From Candidatus Dormiibacterota bacterium (GTDB taxonomy: Bacteria; Chloroflexota; Dormibacteria; Aeolococcales; Aeolococcaceae): 64,000 bases of DNA. Both the position numbers and the translations under genes were made by a program. Under the pieces are notes generated by a model that worked only from the letters and a program-made list of their open reading frames with translations, made no database searches and was not told where the DNA came from. Shown in pieces: positions 1 through 12,749 of this stretch. The DNA lies in assembly GCA_963757475.1 (NCBI GenBank), contig CAVWRW010000002.1, forward strand, positions 340,211-404,210. Direction: 5' to 3'. Within the stretch, counting starts at the first letter, position 1. Each line of letters starts with the position of its first letter.

Positions 1-1272
1 CGTGCCCGGTCGCAACCCGTGAAGGGTGGTGACGACATCCGGCGCGTGGCGACGATCAGCTCGCGTGACGAGACGATCGGCGCGATGATCGCCGAAGCGT
101 TCGACAAGGTCGGCAAGGAGGGCGTCGTCTCCGTCGAGGACGGCACCGGCATCGACACCGAGGTCGAGGTCGTCGAAGGCATGCAGTTCGATCGCGGCTA
201 CATCTCCGCGCACCTGGTCACGGACACCCAGAACATGGAATCGGTGCTCAACGATGCGCGAGTTCTGGTCACAGATGCCAAGATCTCGTCAGTTCCCGAC
301 CTGCTCCCCAGCCTCGAGCTGGTGATGCGCGCCGGACGGCCGCTGCTCATCATCGCCGAGGACATCCAGGCGGAAGCGCTCGCGACACTCGTGGTCAACC
401 GCGCTCGCGGCACCTTCAGCGCCATGGCCGTCAAGGCACCCGCGTTTGGTGAGCGCCGCGACGCGATCCTGCAGGACATCGCCGTGCTCACCGGGGCGAC
501 GGTGATCAGCGAGAAGACCGGCCTTCGCCTCGACGCGGTGCGCGACGAGCACCTCGGCACCGCGGGTCGGGTCACCGTGACGAAGGACGATACGACCATC
601 GTGCGCGGCGGGGGCGCGAAGGCAGCCATCGAGGGACGCTGCGCGGAGATCCGTCAGCAGATGGAGGAGACCACCTCCGACTGGGACAAGGAGAAGCTGC
701 AGGAGCGCCTGGCCCGGCTCACCGGTGGCGTTGCCGTCGTCAAGGTCGGCGCCGCGACGGAAGTGGAGATGAAGGAGCGCAAATCCCGCGTCGAGGATGC
801 GCTTGCCGCAACGCGCGCGGCGATCGAGGAAGGGGTCGTCGTCGGCGGTGGCGTTGCGCTCCTGCGAGCGATTCCCGCCGTCGAGGGGCTGCAGTTGGAG
901 GGCACTGCACGTGTGGGCGCCGACATCGTGGCCCGGGCGCTGCGCGAGCCTCTGCGGATCATCGCGTCCAACGCCGGCCTCGAGGGTCAGGTGGTCGTGA
1001 ACACCGTGGCGGAGTCGACCGGCGACGAGGGGTTCGATGCGCTCACCGAGACGTACGGCAACCTCATCGAGCGCGGCGTCATCGATCCGACCAAGGTTGT
1101 CGTCTCGGCGTTGACCCATGCGGTATCCATCGCGACGATCGTCCTGAGCACCGATGCGCTGATCGCCGATGCGCCGGAGCGCGAGGAAGGGGCGCCGGCC
1201 GGCGGCGGCCATTCCCACGGCGGTGGCATGGGTGGGATGGGTGGCATGGACGACGACGACATGGACTTCTGA
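1..1272 (+). CDS. groEL: Chaperonin GroEL, 5'-truncated by window edge
   Basis: Frame 1 is open from base 1. The translation has GroEL hallmarks (VATISSRDETIGAMIAEAFDKVGKEGVVSVEDG) and the typical C-terminal GGM-repeat tail (GGMGGMGGMDDDDMDF). Confidence 0.95.
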   Translation, partial: RARSQPVKGGDDIRRVATISSRDETIGAMIAEAFDKVGKEGVVSVEDGTGIDTEVEVVEGMQFDRGYISAHLVTDTQNMESVLNDARVLVTDAKISSVPDLLPSLELVMRAGRPLLIIAEDIQAEALATLVVNRARGTFSAMAVKAPAFGERRDAILQDIAVLTGATVISEKTGLRLDAVRDEHLGTAGRVTVTKDDTTIVRGGGAKAAIEGRCAEIRQQMEETTSDWDKEKLQERLARLTGGVAVVKVGAATEVEMKERKSRVEDALAATRAAIEEGVVVGGGVALLRAIPAVEGLQLEGTARVGADIVARALREPLRIIASNAGLEGQVVVNTVAESTGDEGFDALTETYGNLIERGVIDPTKVVVSALTHAVSIATIVLSTDALIADAPEREEGAPAGGGHSHGGGMGGMGGMDDDDMDF

Positions 1273-1395
1273 GCAACCCGGTCTCAACAATCCTGGGGAG
1301 CTCGAAGGTCCGTGACCACGGACGCTGTCGTACCGTTGCGCTGGTCATGCCCTCTCTTTCTGTGACGCCCGCGGCGGCGCCGGCGAACCCCTGAC

Positions 1396-4068
1396 GTGTG
1401 TGGCATCGCCGGATTCTGGGGCGCACCGGACAGTGCGCTGCTGGCAGCGATGACCGAGTTGATCCGCCATCGCGGTCCGGACGACGAAGGACATTTCGAG
1501 GACGCAGTCGCCTCGCTCGGGTTTCGCCGTCTGAGCATCATCGATCTCGCACACGGCAATCAGCCGATGGCGATGGACGACGGCCGGCTCCAGATCGTCT
1601 ACAACGGCGAGGTCTACAACTTCCGCGAGTTGCGCGCCGAGTTGGAGCAGCTCGGCCACGCGTTGCATACGGCGTCGGACACCGAGGTCGTGCTCCATGC
1701 ATACGCAGAGTGGGGAACCGACTGCTTCCGCCGTTTCAACGGCATGTGGGGGCTCGCGATCCTCGACGAGCGCGGTTCGAGCCCGAAGCTCGTGCTCGCG
1801 CGCGATCACTTCGGGATCAAGCCACTGTTCTACGCGCGCCACCATGGACGCGTCGTCTTCGCATCGGAGATCAAGGCGATCCTGCAGGACGAGACCTTCC
1901 CGCGCGAGGTCGACGAGCAGCAGATGTACGAGTACCTGCGCTTCGGGCTGTTCGACCACAACGACGGCACGTTCTTCCGCGGCATTCGCCAGGTCCCCGC
2001 AGCCGCGTTCGCGATCATCGAAGGCGGTGCCATCTCGGAGACGACGTACTGGACTCCGCGTCTTTCCGAGGATGGCGACGCGAGCCCCGAAACGTTTCGC
2101 GCCGTGTTCGAGCGCGCCGTGCAACGTCGCCTCGTCGCCGATGTCCCGGTGGGGATCTGCCTCAGCGGCGGTCTCGACTCATCATCCATCTGCACGGTGA
2201 TGGCGCAGCAATTGAGCGACCACGTGCCCGACACCGATTCGCTCGGCGATCGGCTCAAGACCTTCTCGGCGGTATTCCCCGGCGATCGCATCGACGAGAG
2301 CTCGTACATCAAGAGCGTGCTCGACAAGACCGGCGCAGACAACAGCACCGTCAAGCCCACCGACCAGGATTTCATCCGCGAGCTCGAGGCATGGGTCTGG
2401 CACATGGAGGAGCCGATGGTGTCGTCGGCGCCGTTCGCGATGTGGATGGTGATGCGCCTCGCGAGACGGCAGGTCACGGTCACGCTCGACGGTCAGGCCG
2501 GCGACGAATTGCTCGCGGGCTACGACCACTATCCCTATGTCCTCCTCCGCCAACTGCTGCGTGAGCGCCGCTACACCGAGTTCGCGCACGAGGCATGGCT
2601 GCTGCGCGACATCGTCGGACCGCTGGTACGCCGCCGCCTGCGCGAGCGCGGCCAGCGCGTCGACGTCGGATCGCTCCTGTCTCCCGGATTCACACGGGGT
2701 CGCAAACCACCCGAGGACGATCGCGTGGCCGATGATTTGAAACGCCGGCTGCTGCAGGACTTTCGCACGTACAGCCTGCCGCCGTTGCTCCGCTACGAGG
2801 ATCGTGCGTCGATGGCGCATTCGCTCGAGGCACGCCTGCCGTTCCTCGACCAGGAGCTGGTCGACTACATCCTCACGCTGCCGCGCACCGCGATCATCCA
2901 CAACGGCTGGACGCGCGCGATCGTGCGCCAGGCGCTCCACGGCACGCTGCCCCGCTCGGTCGAGCGGCGGCGCAAGAAGATTGGCTTCACGACGCCGGAG
3001 TTCCGCTGGTACCGGCGCCAGCGAGCGGTGCTGCAGAGCCTCATGCGCTCGCCGTCGTTCCGTGCTCGTCCCTACTGGAAGGCGGCGGCCGTGGCGGAGG
3101 GTTTTCGACGCGCGTGTGCCGGCGAGGTCGAGGAGTCGATGTTCTTCTGGCGCGCGGTGAATGCCGAGGTCTGGCTGCGCGTCTACATCGACGGCTCCAC
3201 GCGGGCGCTCGATGACGACAGCTACCAGGGCGGCTTCGTCCGCCGCGGTGACCAGGCGACTGCCGCGAAGATCGCCGGCGGTCAGGCGCTGCTCGACGCG
3301 GCCCACCTCAACTGGGGCCGTCATCTCTTTCTCGAGGACAAGGGCCGGATCTGGGCGCGCTTTCCCTTGCGCTCCGCGCTGATCACGCCCGGAGCGGACC
3401 TCATCCAGGTCATCGCTGACAGCCTCGAGCAGTTTGGCAAGGACGGCCTGGCGATTGAGGACGGCGATGTGCTGTTGATCAGCGAGAAGGCGCTCGCCAT
3501 CAGCCAGGGGCGCTCGTATCCAATCGATGAGATCCCGGTGACGCGCGCCGCGCGGCTGCTGTCGCGATACGTGAGCCACGAACCGACCGGAGTCGGGCTC
3601 GCGCATCCGACGACGATGCAACTCGCCATCGATGAAGCCGGCGTCCCACGGATCCTCCTCGCCGCGGCGGCAGCTGCGGTCACGAAGCCCCTCGGGATGC
3701 GCGGCATCTTCTACAGGGTCGCGGGCAATGGCGTCAATGCGATCGACGGACCCTCGTCGCTGAACCTTCCGCCGTACGACAAGTGGGCGACCAAATCACC
3801 GCTCGATCCGTCGGGGGAGGCGCTGCGCATCGCTGCTGAGGTTCGCCGGCGCACCGGCCGCCGGGTCGGCATCGCCATCATCGACGCCAACGACATGGCC
3901 GCGGAGGTCTTCGCGACGGTCGGCGTGGATGCTGAGGCCGTTTTAGCCATGGTTGCCGATAACCCGTTGGGGCAGTCCGACGAGCAGACGCCGTTCGGGC
4001 TGGTGCGCCGCGTGACCCTCGAGAAGGCCGCCGCTCCGGCGCGGGATCCGTTACCGGTCGGAGCGTGA
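1396..4068 (+). CDS. Fusion protein: glutamine-hydrolysing asparagine synthetase family (AsnB-like) N-terminal ~600 aa plus C-terminal CofE / F420-0:gamma-glutamyl-ligase-like domain
   Basis: The ORF starts GTG-TGT (M-C-GIAGF), giving the N-terminal Cys nucleophile of class II amidotransferases. It has the PP-loop SGGLDSS, and the AsnB-type synthetase region ends near ..NAEVWLRVYI. After a ~50 aa linker, the last ~235 aa match CofE by eye (FPL..ITPGADL..IEDGDVLLISEKALAISQGR; GVNAIDGPS; LDPSGEALRIAAEVRRRTGRRVGIAIIDAND). The linker has no in-frame stop and no ATG/GTG restart. Confidence 0.8.
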   Translation: MCGIAGFWGAPDSALLAAMTELIRHRGPDDEGHFEDAVASLGFRRLSIIDLAHGNQPMAMDDGRLQIVYNGEVYNFRELRAELEQLGHALHTASDTEVVLHAYAEWGTDCFRRFNGMWGLAILDERGSSPKLVLARDHFGIKPLFYARHHGRVVFASEIKAILQDETFPREVDEQQMYEYLRFGLFDHNDGTFFRGIRQVPAAAFAIIEGGAISETTYWTPRLSEDGDASPETFRAVFERAVQRRLVADVPVGICLSGGLDSSSICTVMAQQLSDHVPDTDSLGDRLKTFSAVFPGDRIDESSYIKSVLDKTGADNSTVKPTDQDFIRELEAWVWHMEEPMVSSAPFAMWMVMRLARRQVTVTLDGQAGDELLAGYDHYPYVLLRQLLRERRYTEFAHEAWLLRDIVGPLVRRRLRERGQRVDVGSLLSPGFTRGRKPPEDDRVADDLKRRLLQDFRTYSLPPLLRYEDRASMAHSLEARLPFLDQELVDYILTLPRTAIIHNGWTRAIVRQALHGTLPRSVERRRKKIGFTTPEFRWYRRQRAVLQSLMRSPSFRARPYWKAAAVAEGFRRACAGEVEESMFFWRAVNAEVWLRVYIDGSTRALDDDSYQGGFVRRGDQATAAKIAGGQALLDAAHLNWGRHLFLEDKGRIWARFPLRSALITPGADLIQVIADSLEQFGKDGLAIEDGDVLLISEKALAISQGRSYPIDEIPVTRAARLLSRYVSHEPTGVGLAHPTTMQLAIDEAGVPRILLAAAAAAVTKPLGMRGIFYRVAGNGVNAIDGPSSLNLPPYDKWATKSPLDPSGEALRIAAEVRRRTGRRVGIAIIDANDMAAEVFATVGVDAEAVLAMVADNPLGQSDEQTPFGLVRRVTLEKAAAPARDPLPVGA

Positions 4069-5198
4069 CCGCACCGAGCAGCAGCTCGCTCCGCTGGGTG
4101 GAGATCGATGTCGACACCCTGGCCCACAACGCCGAGGTCCTCGCCACGCTCGTGCGCCCGGCTGCGCTTATGGCGATGGTCAAGTCAAACGGGTACGGGC
4201 ACGGCATCGAGATTGCCGCTCGAGCCGCCCTGGACGGTGGAGCGACATGGCTCGGCGTGTACACACCGGGCGAGGCGCTGGCGTTGCGCGACGCGGGAGT
4301 GACGGCACGGTTGCTCGTCCTCGGCTGGACGCCACCGTCGCAACAGGCGCAGCTGATCGCCGCCGACGTGGACATCAGCATCCTCGACGCGGACGGTGTT
4401 CGCGCGGCGGCCGCCGCTGCGGATCAGGCCGGACACCGGGTTCGCGGACACGTCAAAATCGACACGGGGCTCCACCGGCTCGGCACCCTTCCCGAGACGG
4501 TGGAGTCTCTGGTCGAGGCCCTGCGAGAGGCCGGCGATCGCATCGAGGTGGCCGCTGTGTTCACGCACTTCGCCGATGCCGGCGCGGACTCCGGGTTCAC
4601 CGTCACGCAGCACACGCGTTTTCTCGAAGCCGTCGAGCTGCTCAGACCGGTTGCGCCGAACGCGTTGCTGCATACGTCTGGCAGCGCAGCCGTGCTCGCT
4701 CACCCCGCGATGCATCACGACCTGGTCCGCGTCGGCATCGCTTTCTACGGCTACCCGCCGGTGCCGGGCCCGTCTTCGCTCCGGCTCGCGATGCACGTGT
4801 TCTGCAGGATCGCCCAGATCCGCACGGTCGCGCCCGGCGAGACCGTGGGGTACGGGAGGACGTGGCGAGCCGACACGCCGCGCCGCATCGCCACGGCGAC
4901 GATGGGCTACGGGCAGGGGCTTCCCCGCGCGCTCTCCAACGTCGGGCACGTCGCGATCCGCGGCCGCCGGTGCCCGATCGTCGGTGTGGTGAGCATGGAT
5001 CAGGTGAGCGTGGACGTCACCGACATCGACGGCGTTTCGGCCGGCGACGTGGTGATGTTCGTCGGCGAACGCGACGGAGTCCGCATCGGCGCGGACGAGG
5101 TCGGCGACCTCACCGGGACGCTGCCGCACGAGATTCTCTGCGGCATCGCTGAGGGGATCCCACGGCTTCCTGGGCCCGCACCTGCTGCGCTACCGTGA
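4065..5198 (+). CDS. alr: Alanine racemase
   Basis: The PLP-lysine motif is MVKSNGYGHG, and the family is colinear over its full length (..RVGIAFYGY.., ..VSMDQVSVDV..). The GTG start overlaps the upstream stop (GTGA). Confidence 0.9.
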   Translation: MTAPSSSSLRWVEIDVDTLAHNAEVLATLVRPAALMAMVKSNGYGHGIEIAARAALDGGATWLGVYTPGEALALRDAGVTARLLVLGWTPPSQQAQLIAADVDISILDADGVRAAAAAADQAGHRVRGHVKIDTGLHRLGTLPETVESLVEALREAGDRIEVAAVFTHFADAGADSGFTVTQHTRFLEAVELLRPVAPNALLHTSGSAAVLAHPAMHHDLVRVGIAFYGYPPVPGPSSLRLAMHVFCRIAQIRTVAPGETVGYGRTWRADTPRRIATATMGYGQGLPRALSNVGHVAIRGRRCPIVGVVSMDQVSVDVTDIDGVSAGDVVMFVGERDGVRIGADEVGDLTGTLPHEILCGIAEGIPRLPGPAPAALP

Positions 5199-5202
5199 GA
5201 GG

Positions 5203-6074
5203 GTGAGCAGACCCGTCCGCATCGCCGTCGCCCAGTACGAACCGCACGTCGGCGAGCTCGATGGAAACCTCGCGCAGGCCGTTCGCTGGGCTACCGCGGC
5301 CGCGACCGAGGGCGCCGACCTCATCGTGCTCCCGGAGCTCGCCTCCAGCGGCTACGTGTTCCGTGATGCGGAGGAGGCGCAACGCACCGCTGAGGATCCC
5401 GACGACGGCCCGACGGTGCGCGCTTTACGCGACGTCTGCGCCGCCCACGGGTGCCACATTGTCGCCGGCCTCAACGAGCGCGACGGCGACTGCCGGCACA
5501 ACAGCGCTGTCGTTGTCGGTGCGGAAGGGCGCCTGGCCACATACCGGAAATTGCACCTCTACTTCGACGAGCAGTCGTGGTTCGAACCCGGCGACGAGCT
5601 CCCGATTGTCGACCTTCCGTTCGGCAGGGTCGGCGTCATCATCTGTTACGACCTCTGGTTCCCGGAACCTGCTCGCGCGCTGGCGCTCGCGGGCGCGGAG
5701 ATCATCGCCGTCCCGACCAACTGGGTCGCGTCATTCAAACGCACCGTCTGGGACGATCGCGGCTACTGCCAGGGTGATTACGTTGCGATGGCGACCGCCG
5801 CGCAGAACGGTGTCGTGATGGCGTGCGCCGACCGGATCGGCGTAGAGCGGGACGTGACGTTCATCGGCGCGTCGATCATCGTCGGCGCCGACGGCTGGCC
5901 TGTCGCCGGTCCCGCGAGCAAGGCCGACGAGGAACTGCTCATCGCCGAGGTCGACCTCGACTCGGTCGACAGGGCGCGCCATCGCACACCTCGCAACCAT
6001 TTGCTCACCGATCGGCGGCCCGACGCATATCGCGCGTCGGCCGGGCGCCCGGCGCCCGCGACCCGGGCGCACGC

Positions 6075-6078
<4 letters not shown>
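5203..6078 (+). CDS. Carbon-nitrogen hydrolase (nitrilase superfamily) protein
   Basis: Glu-Lys-Cys triad context: IVLPELASSGY, YRKLHLY, VIICYDLWFPE. It starts 5 nt after the alr stop. Confidence 0.85.
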
Positions 6079-10296
<4,218 letters not shown>

Positions 10297-10307
10297 GCCG
10301 CGATACA

Positions 10308-12338
10308 GTGGCTGGAATGGTGCCGACGAAGCGGGCAGAACGCCTCCTCGACGATCCCGCGCTCCTGAAAGCCCGTTTGCGGGCCTCCCCGAGCGGCGCG
10401 GGCGTCTATGTCATGCGCGGCGTCGACGCGCGCGTCATCTACGTGGGCAAGGCGGCGAACGTGCGCAACCGGTTGCGCTCCTGGTTCACGGGTATCGACA
10501 CGTTGCAGGCGCGCACGCATCAGCTCATCGCGAGCGTCTTTGACTTCGAGGTCATCGCGTGCCAGAGCGAGCACGAGGCGCTCGTCCTCGAAAACTCGCT
10601 CATCAAGCAGCACCGGCCCCGGTTCAACGTGCGCCTCAAGGACGACAAGAGCTATCTGTATCTCAAGATCCCGCGTCCCGGCGTCCACGACGCGGTCGCA
10701 CCCGGCACCGCGCGCGAGGAGGTGCGCAAGCCTCGGGGCAAGAGCGCCGAAGGCGCCACACTGTTCCCGCGCCCGTACTACACGCGCAAGGTGATCCGCG
10801 ACGGCGCACGCTACTTCGGTCCCTACACGAGCGCGCAGTCACTGCGCACGACCGTTCGATCGCTGCGCACGATCTTTCCGTTCCGCACCTGCAGCGACGA
10901 GATCTTCCGGCGCGGGCGCGTCTGTCTCGACTATCACATCAAGCGCTGTTCCGGCCCGTGTGAGGGCAGGATCGACGCCCCGGAATACGCGGAAATTCTC
11001 GACCAGGTGCAGGAATTCATGGAGGGGCGCTCGGAGAAGCTGCACGACGAGCTGCGCGATCAAATGGAGGCGGCTGCCGAGGCCCGCGACTACGAGCTGG
11101 CGGCCCGTTTTCGCGATCGCCTGCGCGCGATCGAGCGTATCAGCGAGCGTCAGACCGTGCTCCGGGGAGCGCGCGCGGACGAGGACTGCATCGCCGTCGC
11201 CGTCGAGGCCGGGCGGGCGATGGCCGCGGTGCTGAGCATCCGTCAGGGACGGGTGATGGGGATGGAGACCCACGAGCTCGAGGGAGTCGCGGGGCTTGAT
11301 GCGGCCGCGTGTCTCGGCGGCTTTCTGCCCCAGTACTACGCGAACGTGACCTCAGTCCCGCGCCGTCTGCTGATATCGGATGACGTCGAGGAGCGCGCGC
11401 TGCTCGAAGAGTTCCTTGCCGAGCAGCGCGGCGGTCCCGTGGAAGTGCACGTGCCGCAGCGCGGCGATGCGCGCCAGCTCGTCGCGCAGGCGGCGGAGAC
11501 TGCGCTGGTCGCCCTGCGCCAGCAACGCATCGTGGACGACTATGACGCAGCGAAGACCGAGGCGCTGCTCGACGACCTTGCCACCCGCCTCCAACTGCCG
11601 GCTCCGCCGCGGCGCATCGAGTGCTACGACATCAGCAACACGATGGGCACCAACTCCGTGGGCTCGATGGTGGTCTTCGAGGAAGGGCGTCCCGCGCCGG
11701 CGCACTACCGTCATTTCGGCATCAAGACCGTTGAAGGCGCAAACGACTTCGCATCGATCGAGGAGACGCTGCGACGCCGATTCCGCCGTCTCGCGCCGCG
11801 CGGCGAGGGTGGGGAAGAGGACATTCCCGTCGTCGACCCGGCCGGCGCCAACGGTGGCGAGCAGCGCGCACGCCGCACGCCACGACGCGGTGGGGACGAC
11901 ACGGATCTCAGCTTCTCGGTGCTGCCGGATCTCGTGCTCATCGACGGTGGGAAGGGTCAGCTCAGTGCAGCGGTGCGCGCATTGCGTGAAGCCGGTCTGC
12001 AGAAAGTGCCGGTCTTCGGTCTTGCGAAACGCAACGAGGAGCTGTACAAGCCGGGGCGAGCGCGGCCGATCATCCTGGAGCGCGACAGCCCGACACTCTT
12101 TCTTGTGCAGCGGGTACGCGACGAGGCGCATCGTTTCGCGATCACACATCACCGCGGTCGTCGCGCAAAGGCGGCGTTGCGCTCCAAGCTCGACGTTGTC
12201 CCCGGTCTTGGTCCGGTGCGCCGGCGCGCGCTGCTGCGTCAGTTCGGGAGCATCGACGCCATCCGTGATGCTCCGGTCGACCAGCTCACGACGGTAGTGC
12301 CCCGCCCGGTGGCACTGCGTGTCAAGGAACTGCTGTGA
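10308..12338 (+). CDS. uvrC: Excinuclease ABC subunit C
   Basis: The GIY-YIG N-terminus is GVYVMRGVDARVIYVGKAANVRNRLRSWF. It also has a UVR domain (ARDYELAARFRDRLRAI) and a C-terminal endonuclease/HhH region. GTG 10308 or in-frame ATG 10317 could be the start. Confidence 0.95.
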   Translation: MAGMVPTKRAERLLDDPALLKARLRASPSGAGVYVMRGVDARVIYVGKAANVRNRLRSWFTGIDTLQARTHQLIASVFDFEVIACQSEHEALVLENSLIKQHRPRFNVRLKDDKSYLYLKIPRPGVHDAVAPGTAREEVRKPRGKSAEGATLFPRPYYTRKVIRDGARYFGPYTSAQSLRTTVRSLRTIFPFRTCSDEIFRRGRVCLDYHIKRCSGPCEGRIDAPEYAEILDQVQEFMEGRSEKLHDELRDQMEAAAEARDYELAARFRDRLRAIERISERQTVLRGARADEDCIAVAVEAGRAMAAVLSIRQGRVMGMETHELEGVAGLDAAACLGGFLPQYYANVTSVPRRLLISDDVEERALLEEFLAEQRGGPVEVHVPQRGDARQLVAQAAETALVALRQQRIVDDYDAAKTEALLDDLATRLQLPAPPRRIECYDISNTMGTNSVGSMVVFEEGRPAPAHYRHFGIKTVEGANDFASIEETLRRRFRRLAPRGEGGEEDIPVVDPAGANGGEQRARRTPRRGGDDTDLSFSVLPDLVLIDGGKGQLSAAVRALREAGLQKVPVFGLAKRNEELYKPGRARPIILERDSPTLFLVQRVRDEAHRFAITHHRGRRAKAALRSKLDVVPGLGPVRRRALLRQFGSIDAIRDAPVDQLTTVVPRPVALRVKELL

Positions 12339-12356
12339 GCGGAGCGGACAGCGCCC

Positions 12357-12749
12357 ATGCCGATGAGCGTGGCACTGTCCTCGTTCGGCTTCAAGTTCGG
12401 GCTCCCTGAAGATGCCGAGCTGGTCGCGGATGCGCGCATGGTGAGAAACCCCTTCTGGGTGGCCGAATTGCGCCCGCACACCGGTCTCGATTCCGACGTG
12501 CGTGCGTACGTCCTCGAGGACCCGGTGGCGGGTGAGCTCATCGATCGCGTGTGTGGCTTGGCGACATGGTCGGTGGAGCGTTCCTCCGGTCGCGGCCGCG
12601 ACGTGCTCCATGTTGCCGTCGGCTGCACCGGTGGCCGGCATCGCTCCGTCGCGATCGTCGAGGCGGTCGCCACGCGGCTTCGCGAAGATGGGCTGATCGT
12701 CACAGTGAACCACCGGGATGTCGACCAACCCGATCCTCGCTATGAGTAG
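12357..12749 (+). CDS. rapZ: RapZ (YvcJ) C-terminal domain only; N-terminal P-loop domain absent
   Basis: The 130 aa product aligns with the C-terminal half of RapZ (SSFGFKFGLPEDAELVADARMVRNPFWV..LRPHTGLD..V..YV; VAVGCTGGRHRSVAIVE). The ORF begins 18 nt after the uvrC stop, so no space is left for a Walker-A domain. Confidence 0.75.
   Translation: MPMSVALSSFGFKFGLPEDAELVADARMVRNPFWVAELRPHTGLDSDVRAYVLEDPVAGELIDRVCGLATWSVERSSGRGRDVLHVAVGCTGGRHRSVAIVEAVATRLREDGLIVTVNHRDVDQPDPRYE

Noticed and set aside
1219-1251. A short tandem GGC/ATG-rich repeat.
   Set aside because: It encodes the normal GGM-repeat C-terminal tail of GroEL.
1308-1323. The hairpin GTCCGTG-AC-CACGGAC after groEL as a rho-independent terminator.
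   Set aside because: The loop is too small unless the stem is shortened to 6 bp, and no T-tract follows. This is insufficient support.
5577-5591. A tRNA T-arm-like GGTTCGAACC string. A similar string occurs near 16291.
   Set aside because: It is embedded in well-supported coding sequence (the C-N hydrolase, or cyclase B), with no surrounding cloverleaf complementarity.
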